From the IMG/VR virus record IMGVR_UViG_3300031857_000014: a DNA stretch of 64,000 bases, one strand, 5' to 3'. The position numbers were made by a program, and so were the translations under genes. How positions within the stretch are numbered: position 1 is the stretch's first letter; each line of letters starts with the position of its first letter. This DNA comes from a virus. Lineage: Duplodnaviria; Caudoviricetes. Of this stretch, positions 1 through 8,893 are shown one piece after another. The notes beneath the pieces were generated by a model. That model searched no databases, was not told the DNA's origin, and saw nothing but the letters and a program-made list of their open reading frames with translations.

Positions 1-325
1 CGTTTAATCTTATTTGTGCAGATGATGAGATTGATGGTGAACCAACTAATGAATAATTATTTGCACTACCATCCCCACCATTTATTGTTAAAATAATTCC
101 AGATGTACTTGTAGAAAATCCTCCTGTGTATCCCGAAAAATTTACACTTTTGATTGTTGTTGACGCATTAATATTTAATGTTCCTGGCCCTGAGTTTTGA
201 TTTATAATAGCGTCATCTGCTGTAGTAATACTTACAGGTGTACCTGTAAGTTGTGCATTTGTATACCAACGAGAGGTGTTCCAATTCGCCGTTCCACCAG
301 ATAAATACCAATATCTTATTGCCAT
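1..325 (-). CDS. Virion/tail-fibre-associated beta-rich protein, N-terminal part (runs off window start)
   Basis: Not in ORF track. ATG at 325, open to position 1: MAIRYWYLSGGTANWNTSRWYTNAQLTGTP...; Gly/Thr/Ser-rich; follows 333..794 co-directionally. Confidence 0.6.
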   Translation of the reverse strand, partial: MAIRYWYLSGGTANWNTSRWYTNAQLTGTPVSITTADDAIINQNSGPGTLNINASTTIKSVNFSGYTGGFSTSTSGIILTINGGDGSANNYSLVGSPSISSSAQIRLN

Positions 326-332
326 ATATTAA

Positions 333-794
333 TTAGTCCTTATAAAAAATGTTAATACTTAATTCATTATCTACAGTTGGTGATGTTGTTCCAGTACTAC
401 TTACTGTTGTACCTACATTGTAAGTAATACCCGTATTAAAACTTATTCCTCCGGGAAAAGAACAGTTAGCGCCAGCACTTGATGGAATTACAACAGAAAA
501 TTTAAATCCCCCTGATATAGAACCAACAGACTGTACAGAAGTGTTGTCATAAAAACTAATTCTTCTTACATTCAATGAATCGTTATAAATGTACCATCCA
601 GTTATTCTGGCCGGTGAAGACGTTATTACTTGTTGATTCACACCCGAAAGAGATACATAATGATGAATGTTCGCACCACCAGTTGATGTTTCTTGTATTG
701 ATGTTTTTATTGTCGATTGATTTGAAGCAACTACTACAGGTGTTGAACCTGTCATTAATGCTTGACCATTTGGATTTTGTGGATTATATGCCAT
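333..794 (-). CDS. Putative virion structural protein
   Basis: N-terminal YNPQNPNGQALM..STPVVVASNQS motif, beta-rich body; inside the fibre gene cluster. Confidence 0.55.
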   Translation of the reverse strand: MAYNPQNPNGQALMTGSTPVVVASNQSTIKTSIQETSTGGANIHHYVSLSGVNQQVITSSPARITGWYIYNDSLNVRRISFYDNTSVQSVGSISGGFKFSVVIPSSAGANCSFPGGISFNTGITYNVGTTVSSTGTTSPTVDNELSINIFYKD

Positions 795-798
795 GTTA

Positions 799-3700
799 TT
801 AAATTATATACCATTCTGTATTATCTGTTATCAACGTTATTGATGCATATTGTACTTTAATTTCTGCAGTTGTACCATCATCAATTGTTTCTGAAGTGTC
901 AGCGTCAACTGTCACAATGTTACTAGTGTTATCTGTTTTTTTAATTGTGTATTTCGCTGTGTTACCGACTACTGTAGGTAGATTAATTGTAATTGCATTT
1001 GATGCCGCGTCAGCCAATATAATTAATTCACCTGTAGTTGCCGATACGGTATGTGTTGAACCAGTTACCTTAACTACACTATACCCACCTGTAGGTATTG
1101 TTTGTGTACTAAGTTGTCCAGTACTATCCGCAACAACCATTCTTGTTGTTGCACCTGAGAGATTTTCAAAAATATTTACACCTGTGGTTTTAACTGAACC
1201 ACTAACAACTAATTTATTATTAGGGTCAGTATTTCCTATACCAATATTACCGTTTGACTTTATATAAATTGCATCATTGAAACCGCCATTTTCTTTAATT
1301 TGAAAAACAAAATCACCAGACCCATTACTACTTGTAGATGTAAGTTTACTACCTATTCTAGCAATACCAATGTTTGATGTGGTATGTTGAAATGACATCA
1401 AAGAATAAGAATTGGTTGTCGATGATTTATTTAAAATTGCTAGTGACGCGGTATAATCATCAATACCTAATGAACTATTTGTTTGAGTTGCTCTTATAGC
1501 ATTAATGGTACTGCCACTATCTGTTGTTACTTCTAGTCTACATGATGGTGATGGTGTATTAATACCTAGTCTTTTATCCGTATTATTCCAAACAATATCT
1601 TGATCACTCGATAACGAAGAGGTTCCATTCCAAAATGCAACTCTTCCGGAAGTTCCTGAGCCTGCAATTGTACCTCCGGATATCGCTTGTGTACTTAAAA
1701 CACCATTTGTGTCAGCAACAACCATTCTTGTTCCTGAACCAACTAAATTATCTACGGTTATTTTTCCGTCTTGACCACCTATTTTTAATCTTTGTGATAA
1801 TGTCTGTATGCTTGTACCTGTTGAACCTGATGTTGATGTTCTAAAAATAATGTCACCTCCTTTACCACCACCAGTACCTCTACCAGCATTAATTTCAAAA
1901 TTAGAACCAACAACATTTGAACCAATTGCCGATGGTGCATATAAATTCAAATTAGCACTTGAAGTACCACTAACATATGGTCCCGCACCTAAATAAAAAT
2001 TATTTACATATGATGAACTATTAAATCCACCACCAATAAATGCGTATTGTGATGTTAGTCCTGTTAGTACTTGTGACGCATCGTTATTTTCGTATCCACC
2101 ACCAGCAATGATATGTATTGAATCACTTGTTGAAGAAGGAATATTAGTTTGATCTCCACTACCAATAAATGTATTTTGTGTTCCTGTGGTGTTTCCTCTT
2201 CCACTATTTCTTCCAAGATGAACTGAGTACCTACCACCAGATGTTGTTGATGACGAGGAATTGACACCAATGGAAATTAATGAGGTTGCTCCAGTCAAAA
2301 TAGATGTTGCAGCCCCTCTACCTATAAAAACACCGTCTTGTGGATTGTTGTCGTCATTACCAACATCATCAACACCCGAACCAATTCTAATTGCAGTTTT
2401 AAGAGGTATGTTGATTGTGTCAAAGAATTTTAATTTACCTTGTATATCAACATTACCAACAACATCCAATATATTACCACTAGTTATCCCTGTTGTTCCA
2501 ATACCTACACCTCCAGATGTTGTATTAAATAAAACATCACCTCTGGTATTTTCAAACGCTATCTGTCTACCATTAAATGTAGCACTTACATTTGGATTAT
2601 AATAAAATGCTCTAACTGTACCACTATATGGACTACCAACCGTTTGATAAATTGGTTCAACAGTTAAAAAATTAAATGTGGTGTCACCAGATTGACTTAA
2701 TACCCTACCTGTTAATTTTGTATTATTAAATGTTCCTCCATTTTGTGACAAATCACCAAAACCTACTTCAAGTTCTGTAAACCCACTTGTTATTATATTA
2801 CCACCAACAGTACCAATAAAAGTTCTAGTTCCAGACTTATTTGGAACACCGATTTGAATTTTCTCACTACCACCGGAAATTTTAGGTGCACCATCACCAA
2901 AACTAAAAACTATTCCATTACCAAATGTTGTAGTGTCACCAGTACCAATACCAATTCTTGTATCACCACTAACATCTAAAATATACAACGCACTTGGAGT
3001 TGTTGTACCAATACCAACTGATGTGTCATTATCGGTTATTAATGAACTTGCTTTTTGTTTTTTGGTGGAACCAGCACCATCCCAAACAACCACTCTATTG
3101 TCTGTGCCTGAACCATGTGTTAATCCTGTTATTGTAAATGCGTTAGAACCCGTATTTGTAGTTGTTGTTACTTCACCATTAGTATCGTTAAATGTTGTTG
3201 TTGTTATATATGTATCAGTAAATCCTGAGGTTAATCCAGAAACATTAAAAGGAGGTGCACCGTTACTTGTAAATGTTATTACTCCATTACCTGGATTGTA
3301 TGTTCCTCCCGTAATAGTTACGTCTGCAGCCAATGACGATAAATCCACACTAAATCCTGTATTGTAGTTTGTGTAAATAAATAAACTGTGTGAGGGTTGT
3401 CCTGGTGGTTGATATGTAAATCCTGTTATTTTAGGTAAGTTTGTTAAATACTGACCATCACCATAAAATGTGGTACCAGATATTGTTGTTGCAGATATTG
3501 TTGGTACATTTAGTTGCCCTGTTAATGTACCTCCGGTCGTGGATAAAAAAGAAGGTAAATTTTGATAGTATGTTGCATATATTGTTGTTGCTGTTATCCC
3601 ACTTTGAAATATCGTATCTCCTGATACTGTACCACCAGTTAAAGATAAAAAATTATTTCCTGAGCTACCTATTGTGAATGGTGTCCAATCGGATGCTGCT

Positions 3701-3930
3701 CCTGTCCATGTATTTCCTGTTAATGTATAATACGTTACCGGTGTTCCTGAAACACCAACCACCATACCGATTCTTCTCCTCGCATTAGGGATTGCATACA
3801 TGTCCGCTAAAGAACCAACGTTTCTCCATCCATCTATACCATATATTGGGTCAATAACTGCATATTGATCTGAAGTGTTTGTCGGTGATATGAAACCTAA
3901 AACTTGTACTCCTCCTGATATTTCACCCAT
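799..3930 (-). CDS. Long tail fibre / receptor-binding protein (1043 aa)
   Basis: N-terminal IPNARRRIGMVVGV module, four (V/L/I)GI(G/N)-type fibre repeats (VGIGTTTPS..LDV, RLGINTPSP, NIGIGNTDP), NTFIG head-like repeats, C-terminal ETIDDGTT domain. Confidence 0.75.
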   Translation of the reverse strand: MGEISGGVQVLGFISPTNTSDQYAVIDPIYGIDGWRNVGSLADMYAIPNARRRIGMVVGVSGTPVTYYTLTGNTWTGAASDWTPFTIGSSGNNFLSLTGGTVSGDTIFQSGITATTIYATYYQNLPSFLSTTGGTLTGQLNVPTISATTISGTTFYGDGQYLTNLPKITGFTYQPPGQPSHSLFIYTNYNTGFSVDLSSLAADVTITGGTYNPGNGVITFTSNGAPPFNVSGLTSGFTDTYITTTTFNDTNGEVTTTTNTGSNAFTITGLTHGSGTDNRVVVWDGAGSTKKQKASSLITDNDTSVGIGTTTPSALYILDVSGDTRIGIGTGDTTTFGNGIVFSFGDGAPKISGGSEKIQIGVPNKSGTRTFIGTVGGNIITSGFTELEVGFGDLSQNGGTFNNTKLTGRVLSQSGDTTFNFLTVEPIYQTVGSPYSGTVRAFYYNPNVSATFNGRQIAFENTRGDVLFNTTSGGVGIGTTGITSGNILDVVGNVDIQGKLKFFDTINIPLKTAIRIGSGVDDVGNDDNNPQDGVFIGRGAATSILTGATSLISIGVNSSSSTTSGGRYSVHLGRNSGRGNTTGTQNTFIGSGDQTNIPSSTSDSIHIIAGGGYENNDASQVLTGLTSQYAFIGGGFNSSSYVNNFYLGAGPYVSGTSSANLNLYAPSAIGSNVVGSNFEINAGRGTGGGKGGDIIFRTSTSGSTGTSIQTLSQRLKIGGQDGKITVDNLVGSGTRMVVADTNGVLSTQAISGGTIAGSGTSGRVAFWNGTSSLSSDQDIVWNNTDKRLGINTPSPSCRLEVTTDSGSTINAIRATQTNSSLGIDDYTASLAILNKSSTTNSYSLMSFQHTTSNIGIARIGSKLTSTSSNGSGDFVFQIKENGGFNDAIYIKSNGNIGIGNTDPNNKLVVSGSVKTTGVNIFENLSGATTRMVVADSTGQLSTQTIPTGGYSVVKVTGSTHTVSATTGELIILADAASNAITINLPTVVGNTAKYTIKKTDNTSNIVTVDADTSETIDDGTTAEIKVQYASITLITDNTEWYII

Positions 3931-3955
3931 AATTAATTAATGTTTTTATTTTTTA

Positions 3956-5173
3956 TCATTGACATAACCAAGCATTATATTGACCTGCGAATTGATTATC
4001 TGTTTTATATATCATATACGCTGTCGAAACACCGTATGTGTTTGTAAACGACACTGTTCCACCAGTTGTGTACGGTATATTAGAACCTTGACAACCTGAT
4101 GTAGAATTTCTTAAATTTGTTGGTTGTGTTAATCCAGTTGGAATTATTAAGTATCCGTATTCTGGATTTACAGTTGGGTCCCAAGTAATATAATTGTTAA
4201 CGACACTTGTCACTAATGCAGTATCAGTTAAACCCGTAATTTCTAATGGTGTTATGGTGGTACCGGAATATTTTCCATAATACCATCTATATCTCCAGTT
4301 ACCATTTATTGAACGAGTAAATAAATTACTTCGAGTATCGTACGCACTAATTGTATAAATAAGTTGAGTTGTTGGTGTTGTACTTGAAAATGTTGGAGAT
4401 GTGGTTGTTATTGATTTTGAAGTACCTGTTAGACCATTTGATATTGTTCTGAATTGTGATGTTCCAGTGTACTCTATAATTGATATTGTGCCCGCACTTA
4501 AATTTTGACTATCTTGTATTCCCCAACTATATGTTTTTGTTCCTGCTGTTACAGATTGACCTAATTCAAATGTCGGTAACGTAGGACTAACACTAAATGA
4601 CGAAAATGCCGGTTCTTCATATGGATACAATAATAAATCCCAAACTTCTTGAAATGTTTTTCCAGTTAATATTGTATTTTCAGCAATACCCCCTACTTGT
4701 ATTGTTGTTGCACCTGTATTTGTAAATGATAATGAACCACCATTACCAAAAAACGTACCACCACTAATTGTTGTTGCGGTTAAACCTGCTTGAAATGTCG
4801 TTTGACCAGCAACGGTACCACCTGTAAATGTTCCTCCACCGGAACCAGTTGTTCCTGTAAAATTTACACCAAAATTTGGGTATGTACCTGTTATTTGAAT
4901 ATTTGTACCACCGGATATTGTTACAGTTTGGTCTGGATTAGAATTACTTATCGTTATACCTGTGTTACCACCAGTAACAGATATACCTGTACCACCACTT
5001 ATTTTGGTTAGTATGTCACTACTATTGACATTTATAGTACCTGCGGTTATACCCGATACGAATAAATTTTCCGCAAATACATTTTTTAGATAATTTTCCT
5101 GAGTTCCTAAATCAACATCACCAAAGTATGGGTCAGTATCAATTTGTGACCAATTTATTTTCTGTAACGACAT
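3956..5173 (-). CDS. Tail fibre-associated structural protein (405 aa)
   Basis: Gly/Thr-rich ISGGT repeats; shares the GGTV.G.T.FQ.G.TATTI cassette with 799..3930. Confidence 0.6.
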   Translation of the reverse strand: MSLQKINWSQIDTDPYFGDVDLGTQENYLKNVFAENLFVSGITAGTINVNSSDILTKISGGTGISVTGGNTGITISNSNPDQTVTISGGTNIQITGTYPNFGVNFTGTTGSGGGTFTGGTVAGQTTFQAGLTATTISGGTFFGNGGSLSFTNTGATTIQVGGIAENTILTGKTFQEVWDLLLYPYEEPAFSSFSVSPTLPTFELGQSVTAGTKTYSWGIQDSQNLSAGTISIIEYTGTSQFRTISNGLTGTSKSITTTSPTFSSTTPTTQLIYTISAYDTRSNLFTRSINGNWRYRWYYGKYSGTTITPLEITGLTDTALVTSVVNNYITWDPTVNPEYGYLIIPTGLTQPTNLRNSTSGCQGSNIPYTTGGTVSFTNTYGVSTAYMIYKTDNQFAGQYNAWLCQ

Positions 5174-5192
5174 ATAAAAGTTTATCTTTTAA

Positions 5193-5199
5193 ATAAATA
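5193..5199 (-). promoter_or_regulatory. Class I motif TATTTAT (candidate late promoter)
   Basis: 19 nt upstream of the ATG at 5173; recurs before many structural genes. Confidence 0.5.
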
Positions 5200-5222
5200 C
5201 TTTTATTTGACGTTTAATAAAT

Positions 5223-5245
5223 TAAAAAAGGGGGTTAAACCCCCT
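5223..5245 (-). terminator. Intrinsic terminator after glutaredoxin
   Basis: Minus strand AGGGGGT-TTA-ACCCCCT hairpin followed by a T tract; overlaps the grx stop and separates host-takeover genes from fibre genes. Confidence 0.65.
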
Positions 5246-5519
5246 CATTATAATGATTTTTTATTTTTTCTACTATTTCGTCTTCACTTTCGAAATCTTT
5301 TCCCGGAATATATATGAATCCGTCATCAGAATTTTCTTGTTTAATAAAAACTGTCGGTATTAAATCCTCACCAGTTTGTTCTACTACTTGTTCCCAAATT
5401 TTTTCATTTTGTGTTATTTCAACATCTAAATATGGGATATTAATTTCATCAAGTCTATCTTTCAAACTTGAACAATGTGAACAACCATTTAGTGTAAAAA
5501 TAACAATAGTATTCTTCAT
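5235..5519 (-). CDS. Glutaredoxin / NrdH-like redoxin
   Basis: IVIFTLNGCSHC active site and cis-Pro IPTVFI motif of the thioredoxin fold. Confidence 0.85.
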   Translation of the reverse strand: MKNTIVIFTLNGCSHCSSLKDRLDEINIPYLDVEITQNEKIWEQVVEQTGEDLIPTVFIKQENSDDGFIYIPGKDFESEDEIVEKIKNHYNEGV

Positions 5520-5824
5520 TACATATTTTTTAGAATTTCTCTATAAAACGACTCCAATTGTACTCCTGTTGAACGACTTATAAGTTTATTACCATCAAAA
5601 AACATAACGGTAGGTACTGAACTAATACCAGAATTAATTAAATAATCTCTATTTGTGTCAGCATTTAATTTTACAAATTTGATATCAGGGTAATCTGATT
5701 CAATTTTTTCTAATCTTGGTACTAAGGTTTTACATGGACCACACCAAGACGCGGTTATGTCCACTAACATTTTTGTATTATTACTTTGTAATTCTTCTAA
5801 TTTTTTTGTGTCAATAAATTCCAT
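5519..5824 (-). CDS. trxA: Thioredoxin
   Basis: ASWCGPCK active site; SVPTVMFF cis-Pro motif. Confidence 0.92.
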   Translation of the reverse strand: MEFIDTKKLEELQSNNTKMLVDITASWCGPCKTLVPRLEKIESDYPDIKFVKLNADTNRDYLINSGISSVPTVMFFDGNKLISRSTGVQLESFYREILKNM

Positions 5825-5825
5825 T

Positions 5826-6965
5826 TTAAAATCCTATTTTACTTTTATTATTTGTTTTATAAAATTCAACGTCTACATTATAGATATCCGCTAAAGCCAT
5901 TTCTTCTGTAGAAGTATAATCTTTTTCAAGGTGTTTTAGTAGTTTATTTGTATTTTCAACAGAAAGTTTTTCAAATTTATGTTCCGCAATTAATCTTCCT
6001 TTACGAAGTAATGCTGGATCAATCTTTTCTCTTTTCATATTGAATGTTGCAATTATCTGAATATTCAAACAATCACCCAAAATACCGTCAGTTATGTTTA
6101 ATATGTTTGAAACACCAACCGCCGAACCATTTCCTTCTCTATCCGCAATTACTCTTTCAGCATCTTCTATAATTAATATAGAATTTTTGTGTGACATAAG
6201 AAATGGTATAATTGATGGTTCAGATAACATTTCCGCCATTGATGGAGGAATAAACAAGATATTTTTTTCTTCAATTAAACTAGTTAAATGTTTTATGTAA
6301 GAAGTTTTTCCTGTACCTGGTTCACCATGTAGTAAAATAATACCTTTACCGTTTGGTTTATTTAATCTACTAACTATTAAATCATGTATTTTAATAAATT
6401 CTTCACCATAATTTAAACCTAAATCCATAGGTGGAATTGTTAGGTCATAATCTTCAACATCTAAATGACCCATATCACTTTTAACCAAACTGATACTTGA
6501 TTTTTTCTTGTCTCTCTTAAATTCAGATATTTTCTTTAGATTAATTTGTTTATCTAAACTACCTAATTTTATATCATATAAAAATGTAACTTGAACTAAA
6601 TCATCATTTTTTTTATTTGTTTCAATTTTTTTGGGAGAAAAGAATGAATTGAAACTCCAAACGCTATCACCCATTTGGTTATCAATTTTTATCATCATCC
6701 TTAACTTTTCGTTTACAAACAATGCGTTTGAAACTTTATCTTCTCTTCTATTAACGGTGGATATTAACGAGTGTTTTTCAAACCCAATTGATTCAAAATA
6801 TTTTATAATGCTCTGACAATAGTGTGTACTATCTGAATATTTTGATACTATTGAATCAAAATTCACAACAAAATATTGTTCCGCAGGAATTTCACTACCA
6901 TACGAGGTATCGTAAACCTGTATGAATGACGGACGTGTTTTTTCCGTTAACTTTAATGATGACAT
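5826..6965 (-). CDS. AAA+ ATPase
   Basis: Walker A GEPGTGKT, Walker B LIIEDAE, DPALLRKGRL second region of homology, C-terminal KSKIGF; start placed at the ATG of MSSLKL rather than the track's 6992. Confidence 0.85.
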   Translation of the reverse strand: MSSLKLTEKTRPSFIQVYDTSYGSEIPAEQYFVVNFDSIVSKYSDSTHYCQSIIKYFESIGFEKHSLISTVNRREDKVSNALFVNEKLRMMIKIDNQMGDSVWSFNSFFSPKKIETNKKNDDLVQVTFLYDIKLGSLDKQINLKKISEFKRDKKKSSISLVKSDMGHLDVEDYDLTIPPMDLGLNYGEEFIKIHDLIVSRLNKPNGKGIILLHGEPGTGKTSYIKHLTSLIEEKNILFIPPSMAEMLSEPSIIPFLMSHKNSILIIEDAERVIADREGNGSAVGVSNILNITDGILGDCLNIQIIATFNMKREKIDPALLRKGRLIAEHKFEKLSVENTNKLLKHLEKDYTSTEEMALADIYNVDVEFYKTNNKSKIGF

Positions 6966-6979
6966 GTAATTTTTTATTA

Positions 6980-7261
6980 TTAATTTAAACAAATAGAACC
7001 ATAACCATTAACCTCAAAAAATAGATTACTATCTTTTTCTTTTTCAAAATTTGAACCATTTACCATTTCTCTTAATAATTCAAATTGTTCTCTAGAAAGT
7101 TCGGGTTGATTAGCGTCTTCAAAATTTTTTTGTGCGAATTCGGTTAAAAATTCAAAAAATGTGTCTTCATCTTTTTTTCCAATAAAGTAATCTCGAGTCT
7201 CTTTACTTTTTTTAAAGTAATCTTTCACATTCTGAATATAAATTAAAACTTCTGGTGACAT
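6980..7261 (-). CDS. Hypothetical protein
   Basis: Compact ORF between nusG and the AAA gene; ATG (MSPEV) just after the nusG stop. Confidence 0.6.
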   Translation of the reverse strand: MSPEVLIYIQNVKDYFKKSKETRDYFIGKKDEDTFFEFLTEFAQKNFEDANQPELSREQFELLREMVNGSNFEKEKDSNLFFEVNGYGSICLN

Positions 7262-7262
7262 A

Positions 7263-7790
7263 TTATCGTGTTTTTTCAATTTGGTCCAAAGTTAACGAAA
7301 CTGATGTATCTCTTCCAAATATTTTTACATTAATTTCTACTTTGTTATCCCTAATCTCATTAACTATACCGTGAAATGTTTGAAAAGGACCTTCTAAAAC
7401 CAAAACCTCATCCCCTTTCATTAGTCTTATCCTTTTTGATTCTAAGTGATTCTCCAACGCATCGTCTTTTAGTATTTTTTCAACTTCTTCATTTCTAACC
7501 AAAAGAGGTGTTTTGTCTCCCATCATACCCATGATACCTTCGAACCCTGAAATATACTTTAATTCACTATCATTTAATCTTTTAAATGATTCAAAATATA
7601 AGTAACCACTATAAAGTACTTTCTCTTTAACTATTTTTTTCTCCTTAACTGAAACTGATGTGTGTTCTGTTGGACAAATAAATCTACTAATATTTTCTAT
7701 TTTACCGGTCTGTATTTGTTGATTAAACTGTTCGTTTAATTTTCTTTCTCTACCCGGCATAACTTTTATAACATACCAAAATGATTCCAT
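7263..7790 (-). CDS. nusG: Transcription elongation/antitermination factor NusG
   Basis: WYVIKVMPGRE, YSGYLYFE NGN-domain motifs; KOW domain GDEVLVLEGPFQTFHGIV...VKIFGRDT. Confidence 0.92.
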   Translation of the reverse strand: MESFWYVIKVMPGRERKLNEQFNQQIQTGKIENISRFICPTEHTSVSVKEKKIVKEKVLYSGYLYFESFKRLNDSELKYISGFEGIMGMMGDKTPLLVRNEEVEKILKDDALENHLESKRIRLMKGDEVLVLEGPFQTFHGIVNEIRDNKVEINVKIFGRDTSVSLTLDQIEKTR

Positions 7791-7794
7791 GTAA

Positions 7795-7801
7795 ATAAAT
7801 A
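7795..7801 (-). promoter_or_regulatory. Class I motif TATTTAT
   Basis: 4 nt upstream of the nusG ATG. Confidence 0.4.
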
Positions 7802-7805
7802 TGTT

Positions 7806-8648
7806 TTAATAATTCATTATCAACAATTCAGTACCTTCGTTCTGTGTACCGTCTTTTTTAGCTGCTGCCGCTTTTTTGAAATTCTTATTTTCCCACCTAT
7901 AATTAGTTTGTGGGAACCAAACATTAAGTAGAGGAAAATCATAGTATGATAAACTAAATTTTCCTTTAATGTCTTTTAAACAATTTGCCAATCTTTCATG
8001 GTCATTTCTGTCAAAATCATGATTTGAATAATAATTTTCCGTCTTCCAATATGGTGGATCCATATAAAAATACGTGGTTTCAGAATCGTACTTTTTAACA
8101 ACCAATTCAAAATCCATATTTTCAATAAATGTTATTTTATCAAAATGTTCTCTATATTTTGGATGTTTCAATTTATCCATGAAAATAAGAACCTTACAAC
8201 GATATTTTCCTTTATAGTCGGTATATGATGATGTTTCAGGTTTTGAACCAGAAAAAACTTGCGTTAATACATAGACATATTTACACGCAATCTCAAATTT
8301 GTTTTCTTCTGTTATCACCAAATTATCAACAAATATTTCGGATTGATATTGTTTAAACATTTGTGCGTACTCGGGTGGTGTATCAACTACACCAAGTTGT
8401 TGACAAGGGTATTTAGATAATTCTTCCCAAAGTCTATCATATTCCTTAGTACAACTAAATAAGTTTGCATTAAGACCATTAAAGTCATTATAAACCACAG
8501 TTTTAAGATTTGGGTACTTAGACAGGTCCATATTAAAAAAGACCCAAAACATACCGGAAAACCCCTCTACATAGGTTTCTATATCATTTGGAATGAAAGG
8601 GACAATCCATTTACCAATTCTTGCTTTACCACCAATATAAGATATCAT
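7806..8648 (-). CDS. dam: DNA adenine methyltransferase, Dam/D12 class
   Basis: SYIGGK start, YVEGFSG SAM-binding motif, YNDFN, catalytic YMDPPY; start placed at MISYIGGK. Confidence 0.88.
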   Translation of the reverse strand: MISYIGGKARIGKWIVPFIPNDIETYVEGFSGMFWVFFNMDLSKYPNLKTVVYNDFNGLNANLFSCTKEYDRLWEELSKYPCQQLGVVDTPPEYAQMFKQYQSEIFVDNLVITEENKFEIACKYVYVLTQVFSGSKPETSSYTDYKGKYRCKVLIFMDKLKHPKYREHFDKITFIENMDFELVVKKYDSETTYFYMDPPYWKTENYYSNHDFDRNDHERLANCLKDIKGKFSLSYYDFPLLNVWFPQTNYRWENKNFKKAAAAKKDGTQNEGTELLIMNY

Positions 8649-8662
8649 TGTTCTGTTTTTAA

Positions 8663-8679
8663 AAATTATAAACAAAAAA
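8663..8679 (-). promoter_or_regulatory. Class II motif TTTTTTGTTTATAATTT
   Basis: 17-nt exact copy also at 59425..59441 upstream of SSB; 14 nt upstream of the dam ATG. Confidence 0.5.
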
Positions 8680-8731
8680 AACGATAAAAAAAAATGCTTT
8701 GAAAATTGAATAAAATAGTATATATTATGAT

Positions 8732-8893
8732 ATGGCATGTTCAAATTGTAAACAAAAAAACAAAGAAGTTATTGGTGAAGAAAAATTTCAAAGAAGAGCC
8801 GACTTTGTTGATAAATGGGGTGGTTGGTTTATCTTAGTTTGGTTTCTTTTGGGTTTATATGGTCTTTTCTCATTGATATCTAAATTTTTATGA
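8732..8893 (+). CDS. Small CxxC membrane protein (53 aa)
   Basis: Not in ORF track. MACSNCKQKNKEVIGEEKFQRRADFVDKWGGWFILVWFLLGLYGLFSLISKFL; ATGA overlap with 8890..9528. Confidence 0.7.
   Translation: MACSNCKQKNKEVIGEEKFQRRADFVDKWGGWFILVWFLLGLYGLFSLISKFL

Noticed and set aside
799-5173. Diversity-generating retroelement acting on fibre genes
   Set aside because: No reverse transcriptase and no TR/VR pair differing at adenines was seen in the window.
8649-8744. N-terminal extensions in the track for dam (to 8744), sigma (to 17298) and the AAA ATPase (to 6992)
   Set aside because: For dam and sigma the extensions cross AT-rich intergenic DNA containing the class II motif; in all three, homology or plausible sequence begins at the downstream ATG.
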